Source of the DNA: a virus
Taxonomy: Duplodnaviria; Caudoviricetes
Virus record (IMG/VR): IMGVR_UViG_3300005345_000001
Location: 16,507-80,506 of that record
Direction: 5' to 3' (one strand)
Length of the DNA: 64,000 nt
The translations under genes were made by a program, and so were the position numbers. The notes below the pieces were generated by a model. It was not told the origin of the DNA, made no database searches, and saw only the letters and a list, made by a program, of their open reading frames with translations. Positions 17,167 to 27,900 of this stretch are shown piece by piece (position 1 is the stretch's first letter; each line of letters opens with the position of its first letter).

Positions 17167-17976
17167 ATGGCTAATGGTGCTGGAGATATTGTAGGCGGTC
17201 TTGGCAGTTCGATCAGTTCCCTATTTGGCTCTCGGGCCGCCCCCAAGGCTTATCTCAATCGATACGCCCTCCCCACCGCCAAGCCGCTTGGTAAATTTGG
17301 AGGGTCACTCCTTGGCGACATTGAGCCACTCTCCCGCGAAGCCGTCAGCGGTTATTTGGCCCAACAGCCCAAGCAACAGGCGTTAGCCGGACAGCAGGAG
17401 AACATCTTAAATACTCTCCTGGCACGCAGACTGAACGCTGACCCAACACAGCTCTTGCGGGATGTGGGCAACACCGCCTTCGGATTCATTGATCCGAATG
17501 TAATTACGCCGCTGGCAAGGTTCGACGTTAACCAGGATATCCTCATGCGACGGGCCCGGGGCCTCAGTCCCGCCGCTAGCGATTCCACAGCGGAACGTTT
17601 GCGCAACGCCCGCATTGCCAGCGGCAGATACTATGACACCGCCCAACAGGCTTATTCGGCCCTCCCTCGTCTTTATGGGGAGGCGTTCGGCCAAGGCTTA
17701 TCCAATGAGGCCGCTGCCGCTGGACTTACTCCACAAATTTCTGCTGCTTATGAAGGGGTGGCTGCTCGGCCCTGGAACGCCATCAATCAACGCATCTCTT
17801 CGGCCACCGGCGCCAGCGACGCCGCCAGTCGCGCCATCCAAGGCGTACTTGCTGCCACCCAAGGCTACAAGCAACCGCAGAACTGGGCGGATCGTTTGGG
17901 TGCGGCCAGTCAGGGCATCGGCCAGGCGTTGGGCGGAGTAGCTGGTTTGGCCGGAGGCGGTGGTGGCGGATTGTGA
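17167..17976 (+). CDS. Putative ejection/pilot protein
   Basis: Gly/Ala/Gln-rich helical protein with glycine-rich termini (GDIVGGLGSSISSLFG; GGVAGLAGGGGGGL), in the typical position after the nozzle. Confidence 0.6.
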   Translation: MANGAGDIVGGLGSSISSLFGSRAAPKAYLNRYALPTAKPLGKFGGSLLGDIEPLSREAVSGYLAQQPKQQALAGQQENILNTLLARRLNADPTQLLRDVGNTAFGFIDPNVITPLARFDVNQDILMRRARGLSPAASDSTAERLRNARIASGRYYDTAQQAYSALPRLYGEAFGQGLSNEAAAAGLTPQISAAYEGVAARPWNAINQRISSATGASDAASRAIQGVLAATQGYKQPQNWADRLGAASQGIGQALGGVAGLAGGGGGGL

Positions 17977-18326
17977 TCCATAGGCACGACAAGTGCATCG
18001 GCATAACGCTCTGGAAATGGGGCCATTTCCAAATCGAATTATGGTGCGTCCCATCTATGGAGACAATCGAGTCACATTGTCATCCATCGATTGACTCTAC
18101 GCTCATCTTCCTGTTTGGAAGAATGTTCGGTCGAATTGGCGAAAGACAGGGCTGGGTGAGCAATGCCGATTGCCTTCGCAGATTCGCTATTCCGGCCGGG
18201 ATAGAGCACTCAGCTACAACTGCTAAATTCACTGCCTTCCTTAACATAGAAAGATGGCGCGCTGGCAGCAATGTCACGAGTGCATCGGTTGATTTTCGGG
18301 TTTCCAAGTCTCGTTGCGACGAATGA
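17973..18326 (+). CDS. Cupin-fold protein
   Basis: GTG start overlapping the upstream TGA; motif 1 ESHCHPSID and motif 2 IPAGIEHSA. Confidence 0.6.
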   Translation: MIHRHDKCIGITLWKWGHFQIELWCVPSMETIESHCHPSIDSTLIFLFGRMFGRIGERQGWVSNADCLRRFAIPAGIEHSATTAKFTAFLNIERWRAGSNVTSASVDFRVSKSRCDE

Positions 18327-18798
18327 ATCCAATAGTCCCTTTCGACACGCCGTATATCATGGCAAGCTCTCGATAACTACGCCTGTTCGCTCTTATGGCA
18401 ATCACTTGTTTCCAGGTAAGTTTAGAGTTGGGACAAAGCTCCCCAGTTTTGCCGTTAAAATGTGTCTTCCATCGACCTTTCGAAATTGCATCCCGGAGAT
18501 TTGAGCTCTGGTTCCCAGTCCACAGATGATCTGGATTCACGCAGTCACCTCTGTCTCCATCTGGACAATTGTGGTGGACCTGATGTCCTTCTGGAATTGG
18601 CCCCACATTGAGGATGTAGCTTATGCGATGAACCCCCATGGTTCCACGGCCGACACCAATGGCCCAATGTCGGTTGTGCTTCCCGCCATCAAAGAGCCAA
18701 CAGCCGTTGGTTTTGGTCACACGCCGCCAGAACTTGGCTGGGATAGTAGTATTAAGCCCTTGAGCAGCGAGGTAGTCGGAAGTAATATTTGGCGGCAT
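18274..18798 (-). CDS. HNH homing endonuclease
   Basis: GCWLFDG...VHRISY...QVHHNCPDGDRGDCVNPDHLWTGNQSSNLRD, plus a C-terminal HTH. Confidence 0.9.
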   Translation of the reverse strand: MPPNITSDYLAAQGLNTTIPAKFWRRVTKTNGCWLFDGGKHNRHWAIGVGRGTMGVHRISYILNVGPIPEGHQVHHNCPDGDRGDCVNPDHLWTGNQSSNLRDAISKGRWKTHFNGKTGELCPNSKLTWKQVIAIRANRRSYRELAMIYGVSKGTIGFIRRNETWKPENQPMHS

Positions 18799-18815
18799 AT
18801 CAAAAGATTCGTTTT

Positions 18816-18854
18816 TGATTTGTTAGCTCCGGTTCCGCTTCAACGGGCCGGAGC
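18816..18854 (-). promoter_or_regulatory. Hairpin (TTGAAG loop on the minus strand) plus ACAAATCA, upstream of an HNH gene
   Basis: gctccgg 18826-18832 pairs with ccggagc 18848-18854; inner ccg/cgg stem; the same design recurs at 20654-20696. Confidence 0.55.
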
Positions 18855-18889
18855 ATCCGTTTTAACCTGTCATCCGGAAGGGTCAAGGA

Positions 18890-20143
18890 ATTAACACCAA
18901 AGTCCACATCCTGGCCAGTTGCCCAAATCCAAAGCTCATCGATTACACAACTCTTGTCTTTAAGACTCTGCGCGTTGGATTTCCCACTGCTGACGTCGTG
19001 GTGTGGATGAATAAATTGGGACAAGTGGAGGAGTCCAAGGTGTCCCAAATCTGCGTGGACAACGACTACGACGCACAGGTCTGTGACTATGCTCACCACG
19101 AATGGATCCAGATGCTGGCCACCACCGAGAAGCAACCATTCTGGATATCTGATACAGATATTTTGTATTACGAAAATATCGAGGAGCTGAAGCCTGATTC
19201 TGCTATAGCCGGCTGGCGCATCCCGGAGTGGAAGGACGAATTCACCCAGTGCATCACGCGGGCGCGTATCCATACCTGCCTGATGCACATCAACCCGTTG
19301 ACGCTAGCCAGCGCAATCGCCAGGTATAAGGAGAGCTTCAATCTAATGGATGACATCAATCCATTGCCGAACCTATTTGCTCCGATCTCTGTCCCATTTG
19401 GTAGACTGACCTATTTCTATGACGTCTGCGGGCTGCTCTATAACGCTGTCGGCGGTGAAGCGTTCTCCGATGAGATCAAAGAGAGGTGGTTCCACTTTAA
19501 CTTTGGGTCCATATCAGACCGCGTATTGCCACTGATCAAAGACGGCGATAAGATGGCAGCCGCCAGGGAGATGGTATTGCTAAACCCGCAGCTTGGACGT
19601 GGTGCCTGGAGGTTGCAGGAGGAATACTATGCCAACCGCCAAGTGATTTACGACGGCAAGAAGATAGAGGACACGATGAGCCAGGAGGATATGGAGCTAG
19701 CCAGGAAGTGGAACGTGGAGCTTTGCTGCGGCAATCAGGAGGCGATGCAGTTTTGCGATCTGTATCACCGATACGTGCATGGGATCGACGATCTCGTAGA
19801 CGAAATGCAGGACGGTCGACCGACGATGAGCAAGGAACAGATCATAGACTTGTTCTTGCAGGCACTGATCCTCTACAACACGCCGTTCTTCGTTACCTAT
19901 CGAAACCTACTGTTCCCGGCAATTATACAGGTGACCAACATGTATCAGGATTCTGTCTCCTGGGAACGGTCGCCGAAAAGTCATTTACGCAAGATAGCCG
20001 ATGTGCTTCGCACTTGCGGTGGCGAAGTCTATTTCATGGTCGCGCTGATTACCGGAGGACCAGAGCACATGAATAGGATGTCGAAATTGATCAGGGAACG
20101 TGATTTTCTCTCCCAGCACGATCAGGATGGAAACCCTCTATGA
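18890..20143 (+). CDS. Fusion of a GT-A-like (DxD) N-domain and an isoprenoid-synthase-like (DDxxD) C-domain
   Basis: SDTDILYY and VHGIDDLVDEMQD motifs. The frame is open upstream of the called GTG (18998) back to 18866; candidate ATT start at 18890. Confidence 0.55.
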   Translation: MNTKVHILASCPNPKLIDYTTLVFKTLRVGFPTADVVVWMNKLGQVEESKVSQICVDNDYDAQVCDYAHHEWIQMLATTEKQPFWISDTDILYYENIEELKPDSAIAGWRIPEWKDEFTQCITRARIHTCLMHINPLTLASAIARYKESFNLMDDINPLPNLFAPISVPFGRLTYFYDVCGLLYNAVGGEAFSDEIKERWFHFNFGSISDRVLPLIKDGDKMAAAREMVLLNPQLGRGAWRLQEEYYANRQVIYDGKKIEDTMSQEDMELARKWNVELCCGNQEAMQFCDLYHRYVHGIDDLVDEMQDGRPTMSKEQIIDLFLQALILYNTPFFVTYRNLLFPAIIQVTNMYQDSVSWERSPKSHLRKIADVLRTCGGEVYFMVALITGGPEHMNRMSKLIRERDFLSQHDQDGNPL

Positions 20144-20641
20144 TTTCCAACGCTTAAAGGTTACGATATGTCCAATCATCTGCCGAGATACCCCAAACAC
20201 CCTAGCCAGTTGCATCTGTGTGATTCCGCCTTCCCCGTAAACCGTCCTGATATTATCGACGTCACCCTGACTGAGCACTGACCACGGGCATCGCCCTTTA
20301 TTGATCATATCCCAGGTGTTCTGTCTGGATGTTCCAAGCCAGAGATGTGATGGGTTGCAGCAGGCGCGATTATCGCACGAATGGCACACACATAATCCAT
20401 CAGGGATTTCTCCATTGTGGATAAGCCAGCTCAAAATGTGAGGCTTCATGGTCTGGAATCCACCGCGTTTAACTATACGACCGTATCCAAATGAATCTTT
20501 ACACCCAGTCCAATTCCAGCAGCCATCGGTCTTTTCTACGTGTTTCCAAAATCTATGTTCGATCGTGGCCGAACAGTGACGCTTAGCCAGAATGGGATTA
20601 GCGTGCATTGGGACAGAGGAAGTGGTAAACTCATGTTGCAT
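20138..20641 (-). CDS. HNH homing endonuclease
   Basis: GCWNWTG...YGRI...HILSW...CVCHSCDNRACCNPSHLWLGTSRQNTWD, plus an HTH. Confidence 0.92.
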   Translation of the reverse strand: MQHEFTTSSVPMHANPILAKRHCSATIEHRFWKHVEKTDGCWNWTGCKDSFGYGRIVKRGGFQTMKPHILSWLIHNGEIPDGLCVCHSCDNRACCNPSHLWLGTSRQNTWDMINKGRCPWSVLSQGDVDNIRTVYGEGGITQMQLARVFGVSRQMIGHIVTFKRWKS

Positions 20642-20653
20642 AAGTCAGTCCTG

Positions 20654-20696
20654 TGATTTGTGCCGCGCCCCTGGATGCTTCAAACATCGCAGGGGC
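20654..20696 (-). promoter_or_regulatory. Hairpin (TTTGAAG loop on the minus strand) plus ACAAATCA, upstream of an HNH gene
   Basis: gcccctg 20667-20673 pairs with caggggc 20690-20696; gatg/catc inner stem. Confidence 0.55.
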
Positions 20697-20769
20697 AATT
20701 AGCTTGTAGTGCAACGGAATCGGCGTAAAAAGTCAATCCTGTGATAAGCCAGCACAACCAAACATAATT

Positions 20770-21957
20770 ATGCCAAGTCCATTCGGGCCGATTCCATATA
20801 GGTCACCAGTGGCACCACCCGCCGATCCATATACGGGGTTAGGCTGGCCCATCCCAATGCCAAGACTCATGGCGCCGGAGTCCACTGGATTCCCGGTCCG
20901 ACTGGGATGGTCTGAGGCGCCACCTCCAGCACCACCCGCGCCATCAGGATATATCGGTAACACATACCTCCCTGATTATAATGATTTGTATCCTACGCCG
21001 ATCCGACAGCCGCATTCAGCTGACTACTATGGGCCTGGCCCGGAAGTTTCTATTCCACCAGAGCCTGCGCTACCACCAGTTGCACCACCGCCTAATGCTG
21101 GAAACATAGGAAACACCTACCTACCTAACTACGACGATGTCATGAACGAAGGCGTGAGAAGCGGTATCGCGACGCCACCTTTAGCTGCCCCCCCTTGGCT
21201 GGATCGAATCGCCGCTATGATGAGTGGAGCCGGTCACGGTCAGCAACTGTCTCCTCCTCCCTCTCGCCGTTACAGCTTGGGCATCCCAAAGACTGACTTC
21301 ATCTATACCAATCCTGTCGCAGCGCAGCAGGCAGCCGCCAGTCTATCGGCACGACTTGGTTACGAGCAGCAGCAGGATCAAGGCTACCGGCAGTACCTGA
21401 TTGCACAGGAGCAGGCCAGGCAGGCAAACGCCAACCAGGCACAACGGCTGGCTGAGAACGAAAAGGATCGGGCCCTGCAACGGGAAGGCTTTGCCAGTTC
21501 CGAACGTAGCGCGGCCAATCGTGCTTACGGCTACAGCGACTTCGACCGCAGACAGGCGGCTAGAGAGAAGGAGTTGGCTGAACAGAAGCTCATCGCTGAC
21601 CGGGCTAACTACAGAAGTGCGGTAGCTCTGGCTAATGCGCTTAATAGTTCGACAGTTCCACCGATCCAAAAGAATAAGACGGCCCTGGCCAATCCAGGCC
21701 TTGTGAACCTAGATCCATCTGGGAGATATGTTCCATCTATGCCCAATCCAGATCTAGCCGCTCCCGGGGTGACGACAATCGGCCAACTGCAAAGCGGCAT
21801 TGCCGCTCGGCAACAGCAGATCCGTGACGCTGCTACTCCTCCGCCAGCATATCCCCAGCTTAATCCAGCTGCGCCTACCCCTGCACCTGCGCCGTCTGTC
21901 CCGTGGTATCAACGATGGTTTGGACATCCAACCGCACCACTCCAGGCTGCCCCATAA
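20770..21957 (+). CDS. Pro/Ala/Gln-rich putative internal virion (ejection) protein
   Basis: Low-complexity N-terminal half with a repeated GNTYLP(D/N)Y motif, a coiled-coil middle, and a position directly before the giant virion protein. Confidence 0.6.
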   Translation: MPSPFGPIPYRSPVAPPADPYTGLGWPIPMPRLMAPESTGFPVRLGWSEAPPPAPPAPSGYIGNTYLPDYNDLYPTPIRQPHSADYYGPGPEVSIPPEPALPPVAPPPNAGNIGNTYLPNYDDVMNEGVRSGIATPPLAAPPWLDRIAAMMSGAGHGQQLSPPPSRRYSLGIPKTDFIYTNPVAAQQAAASLSARLGYEQQQDQGYRQYLIAQEQARQANANQAQRLAENEKDRALQREGFASSERSAANRAYGYSDFDRRQAAREKELAEQKLIADRANYRSAVALANALNSSTVPPIQKNKTALANPGLVNLDPSGRYVPSMPNPDLAAPGVTTIGQLQSGIAARQQQIRDAATPPPAYPQLNPAAPTPAPAPSVPWYQRWFGHPTAPLQAAP

Positions 21958-24900
21958 ATGCCCCGCCTCGTCAATCTGGGTGAGGGCTACGGTGTAGTCG
22001 CTTGGCCTGACGAGGCTAGCGATGAGCAGATCGTTAATGACTACAACGCGCTGGAGTCGGAACGCCTTCGAGCTATCGAGGAAGGCAAGCTCGTCAATGC
22101 CCGTCTGGCCGATATCATGGAGAGCAATCGGCCCACCCTGGGCAAAACTCTCCTGCGCGGTGCACTTGGACTCAGAGAGGGCGCGGCTGGTATCACTAAA
22201 CAGGCTGTTGGTAATCTAGCCAGGAGCCTCGTTGTTCCGGAAGGTGGTTTACAGGTCAGCACCCGCCCAACCAATCCCATGGCTCCAGCTAGGTTGCTGG
22301 AGGAAGCTGGGAAAGGGTTGGCCGCAGAGGGCACAAAACAACTTGAGGAAGCCGAGTATGAAGGAGAGCGATTGGGTGGAGGATTGCCGGGCCAGATAGC
22401 GGGGACCGTCGGAACAATAGCCGGCGCCAGTGCGCCGGCCCTCTTGGCTGCTCCATTGGGCTTACCGGCTGCGGCTATCGCAGGAGGTGTTACCGCCTAT
22501 GGCCCAACTGCTGAGCAATTCAAAGAACGGCTGATGCAGCTTAATCCTAACCTCTCAGAGGAGGAGGCTTACAGGAAGGCAGAAGGACCAGCTGGATTGG
22601 TGGCAGTGGCAACCGGCTTATTGACCAGAGCGTTCGGAGGAACCGAGCGGCTCATCGAACACATCACCCGCACCGGATTAAAGCAGCAAGGCGTTGAGTC
22701 ACTCTTCAAGCAGGTATTCAAGGCCGCTTCATTGGAGGCGCCGGAGGAATTCACCCAACAGCTGGCCCAGGGTTACACCGAGAAAGCTTACATCGATCCA
22801 AACAAGCCGGTTGGCGAGATCTGGAACGAATCCGGGCTAGCCGCACTGGCTGGGTTCGGGTTGGGTGGAGCGACAGCCGGCGGCATCCTCATCTCGGCCA
22901 GGCTCGGTGGAGCCGCCGTGCAACGAATCGAAACAGCTCTCGAACCAGGGCGGCTGCGCCGGCAATCACGCCGCGCATCCGTAGAGAGAATCAAACAAGC
23001 CATAGCAGAAAGAGAGGCTCAAGATGCCCAAGCAGCTCGAACAACAATTGAAGCGCCAAGCCAACAAGCACAAAGGCTGGAGCAAGAAGCGCAAGAACGC
23101 CTACGTGTACGGGGCGCTGAGGAAAACCGGGTGGAAGCCCAGCCGGGAGCGGTAACAGATCCGTGGGACCAGCTGAATCGCCAGTATGGTAAATCGGACA
23201 ATCCGTTAGCATCGGATAGTTTAGTTATCCAAAACGAACAGGGTGTTGTCTCCATACAGGGTCGAAGTATTGATGGGAATCTTGTTGAGGTTGGAAAATT
23301 TACACCGGAAGAAAGCGCTGAATGGATTGCAGCAGATGCGCTACCTAGAGCTGAAAGGCGCGCTGCACAAACCGCTATACGAAATCGAATTGCTCAACGG
23401 ATGCTACAGCCAGCCCAGCCGGGAGCGGTAACGCCTCCGCCGTTGCCGACTCCACCTACTGCGCGCTTCCAGATCGGTGAGCGCGTGGGCATGGACAACG
23501 GAATAACGGGGACAGTCCGTCCTGCGACAAAGTCTGGCTATGGGTTTGCTGTTGGCGACCCGGTTGTATTCGGCGATGGCACTGACGATCAATACCCGCT
23601 CCACGAGATGTGGAAGCCGTTGGCCGATATAAAGCGCGAGATCGCTACTAAGCCGTTCAATCGGTTAGAGGCAGTAGCAGCTGTCCCGAGTTATCCATTC
23701 ATTCCTCCAGCACTTGTTGATCGAGCGCTCGCAACAATGGAGCGGCTGCACAACCGGCTAATCGATCGCGGGATTGACCCAGATACGTCCGCTGCTAACA
23801 GAGAACCAGAGCATCAACTGATGCAGCAGATCACTGGCTCGCTTGAGCGGCTTGGTCGGCAGAACAAATCGGTCCAGAAGAAGTATAAGCGCGCAAATGC
23901 CAAGACAGCAGCCGATGCGTTAGCCCAGGTTAATGAACGGTTGCAGGCGGCCGATGCCTTGCCAGCGCAACCCCCCGCAGGGACGGAGCTGCTCTCGCCG
24001 GCTCAACAGCGCATCCCAATTGAGATCCAGCGTGCCGATGGAACGCGGGTAAAGGGCGAGTTCAACGGTTACTACGATCTACGGTCTATGGGTCGTGGCA
24101 CAGTTCCGTCCGTTGGATGGCTCAACGCGGAGGGCAAGATGACCCATGGCCTGTTGGGCGCAGGGGAGACCATCATCGGAACTGTTCCGACGTTCGAGGA
24201 ATGGATGGCCAGCAAGCAGCAGCAGTCTCCATCCGATCTAAGGCGTCTGGAAGATTCCACCGCTTTTGGTATGGCCGGGCCAGAGTTTGGCACGGTTGAC
24301 TGGCGTGCGTTTACGACGGAACACCCAAATGGAAACATCGTAGACTGGGCTAAACTCAGGGCTGAAGTGGAGTCTGGAAGGCTCAATGGTGGAGAAGCCG
24401 GCAATGCGTTATTGCTGCATTTTCTTAGACGCTCAGATCTGCATCCAGCCGAGATTGCCATTCTTGATGTGACGCCGGCTGATGTTGCCGGCATTAGTGA
24501 AACCGGCACTGGATTCTATGGCAGGCATATATCCTACGAAGTCCTGCCATCGATGATACAAATAGTCGCCCGTGGGTTTCATGGTAACACGATCAGCCAG
24601 GCGGAGTTTGTCAGGACACTTAACCATGAGCTTACCCACAACAACATCACAGCCAAGTGGGAATCGGCATCGATGGATGTCAGACAAGACCTGGCGGATC
24701 TATTCTCATTCATCGTGGATAGGAGTAAGGGCACTGAATTCGAAAACCACAACCTGGTGAAGAATGCCGGGGAATTGCTAGCCGAAGCATTCTCCAACCC
24801 AGCCGTCCAGCGTTGGATGGCATCCTTAGATTATTCGATGCACGTCCGGCGCGACGAGCGGGGACGTCCCCTAATCCCGCCGCCACAGTTCCGCAAGTCA

Positions 24901-27900
24901 GTGTTCCGTCAGTTCTTGGAAATCGTTAAGCGCATTCTGCGCCTCCCGGATTTCCTCACCGACATGTTTGGCAATCGTGTGGAGACGATCACGGCATTGG
25001 ATCAGGCAATTAACCTTGGCAATCAGTTAGAAGGGACGCGCCGTGTCGCGCCAAATACTCCAATCGTAAGTTATTCGCCGGCCACTCCGCCAGCTGCTCC
25101 CACTACTGGGCCTCCGCCAACCCCTCCACCCATCGAGGGCATGCAGGTGGCGGGAGGTGCAGCAGAGGTGGGGAGGATCGCTGAGGAGATTTACGCCAAA
25201 CGCGAGCAAGGCGCCGCCGCTCTGGAGGGCCTGGCTTTCGAACGGCGCCAATATCGGGTGGCTAAAGGAGAGCTCAAGCGCTTAGCCGGTATCGCCACCG
25301 GCCGCTTCATCACGGACGGTATCACCGCCGAGCAGCTGAAGGGTTATCCGGACCCAATGGAGAACGTCGGCATTGAGGAAGGCCAGATCAATGTGGGGCC
25401 GGATTTCGCCACCAAGCTCAATGCCGTCCAGGTGGACTTTAATCCGGCTAATGTCCACGACATGCAGGGGGAGCTGTTCTACGAGAATGCAGCCCATCGA
25501 TTGGTCAAACTGCGGGACCGCATAAATAGTTTGGTCCAAGCGGCCAGTTATTACGAGATACTTAAGGTAGATCCGGATGAGCAGAAGAAACTGGCTGAGC
25601 AGATAGCCAAGCTCCAAGCCAAAGAGGCCATATTCGGTCAAGCCACCTGGAACGGGCAGAGTGTAGCCGAGCGGGCCGCTGAAATTGAGGCGACCAACGC
25701 GCAACGTCAGGACCGATTCGCACAACGCAATGCCCTAGGCCTGGACCCCGTCATCGAATTCTTTGGCGATAACGTTGGTTCCTACCGGAACTTTTCCGAT
25801 AAAGCACAAGCCGGATTGGCCATGGCGCAGGCGATTCAGGCCAATGCCCCACCCGACCAGGTGGCTGCCGCCGCTGCTCAAGTCCAGCAGTGGGTAACCC
25901 TCTCCACTGATGTACAGAATGCCATCCGCAATGGCTTCCCGCTCAACAAGGAACAGAAGGCTTCCATCTTCGCCGCCATAGCCAAAACATTCGAAGACTT
26001 CGATATCCAGCGTAACCGCATGCTGGAGCTTCAGAAGACAGAAGAGCCCAAGATTGCGGCCAGAATCGCTGACCTGCTCCGTAATATTACGGATGCTAAA
26101 ATAGAGTCGGGTTTATCGGAAGTCTTGCTGGCCGATGTCCGCGATACGCTCGAAGGGGAAATTGGGCGGACCGGCACCTTGGACTCCCAAGAGCGGGCGC
26201 AGGAATTAAAGAACCGCCTTTTTGCCATCCGTAGTTTTGCGGAATGGATGGGGCGCAACATCGAGACCAATCGCGCTCTGTTCGACGCGCTGGTCAGCCC
26301 GGTCGGACAGCGAGAATACGCCTTATCCGCCAACCAGAATTACGGCACTGACCCCAAGACAGTGGCCATGATTATCGCGGAGGCTAAGCGCAACCCGGAC
26401 TTCTCCTCTGCCGTCGTCAATCTCATCGAGGCCTCAGACAAGAAGTTGTTGCAGCTTCCGGTCGCCCAGCTTGAGCGCATCCAGGAACTGTTAGCCGAAG
26501 GAGACCCGGACGGGGCCAAAGCGGTGGCAGACAACCTTCAGAAGATGGCTCTGTCCAGGGCTTCAGCTGCCAACACTGCGGTGCGCTCGGCTATGAAGGA
26601 ATTGGATACCCTTCAGATCCAGCAAAAGACCCTGCTAGAGGGTAACGCCATGTTCAATGAAGTGGCAGCTCTCCCTGAGTATACGCAGATCCGTGACATC
26701 GTTAACGCTTCCCCCTACGGCCTGACCGAGCCGATGGTCGAACAGAATAACACGGCCACCACCTTCAAGCCATTCGGAACCAAAGAGACTGCCAATCATC
26801 CAGGCCTGGTGCTGGGTGCGGCCGATGATTTCGTCCTTAAGGGTAAGTGGTTTAAGAAGGTCAATGCATGGCACCGGGCAGCGCAGGATTACGTCGATGA
26901 ATATGACCAAAGGCTCACAGCTCACGTATCGGATCCGAAGGTTAATCCATCGCCTGAAGTGTTGGGCTATGACGCCGCTAAGGTCCGTGGATTGCGAGAT
27001 GCGGTGGAACGCTTCGTCCCCGGCAGCTTCCTGGAAGCCTCGTTGCTTTCGGAGGAGAAGCGCTGGAAGGTGCCGGCCCTGATTCGTCACGCCTCCAAAT
27101 GGTCCTGGTTCCGGCAGCACGACTTTGTCGCCAAGATGGTAGGTGGCATTGCTGGGACTGACCTGCGTGGCCGGCTGGGAGATTTCGTTAACCATTTCCT
27201 GAAAGCTCGCCACGTCATCCAGAAGTATCAGGACATCCCCGACCTGATCAATAAGGCGATGAAGTCCCATCCGGAGGTGCAGCTTAACCTGGCCAACTAC
27301 CGGGTGGTGTTCAACGAGCTGGCTCACTGGGGTCGTCAGTTCGGTTCTCCGGTCCGGGCCGGCTTTGTTCTGCCATTGTCCGGCACCATCGTCACCAAAG
27401 AGGACATGGAACTCCTGCGGCAGGAGGTTGCTTTCGAAGAGGATCTGCGCCGCAACGTCACCGAGACTCGGCCGGTGGAAGGGGTGCGGCTCCAGGTCGG
27501 TAAGCGCACTCTGGTCCGGCCCGGCGCCTATGTGGGCGACCCTGGCAAGGGTCTTCCGCGCCATCTCAATCGTAAGGCTGATTCCTTCATCGCAGACATC
27601 CTCGCCGCCTACGGCACCAACACGGCTGGGTTTGATGTTAACGCTAATCCTCAAGATCCAATCATCGCTTTCTGGAATAAGCGGCTGCCGATGTTAACCC
27701 AGCATGTGCTGGATATTCGTCGGCAGGACCGGCTCATGCGCATCAGTCCGCAGATGCAACAGGCTTATCAGGACCTGGCCAACGAATGGATGGGGACGAC
27801 GGGGAAAGCTCCAGCCCTTACCAGCTTCGAAGAGCTGGTAAATTTCCTAGTCGCCAAGTATCCCCACACCCCTGGCGTTAACACCCGAGACGAGGTGATG

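Noticed and set aside
18274-18890. Group I intron with an antisense HNH joining the cupin gene to the GT/DDxxD gene
   Set aside because: Only about 90 nt lie outside the HNH ORF, too little for a group I core, and I could not identify P/Q/R/S elements.
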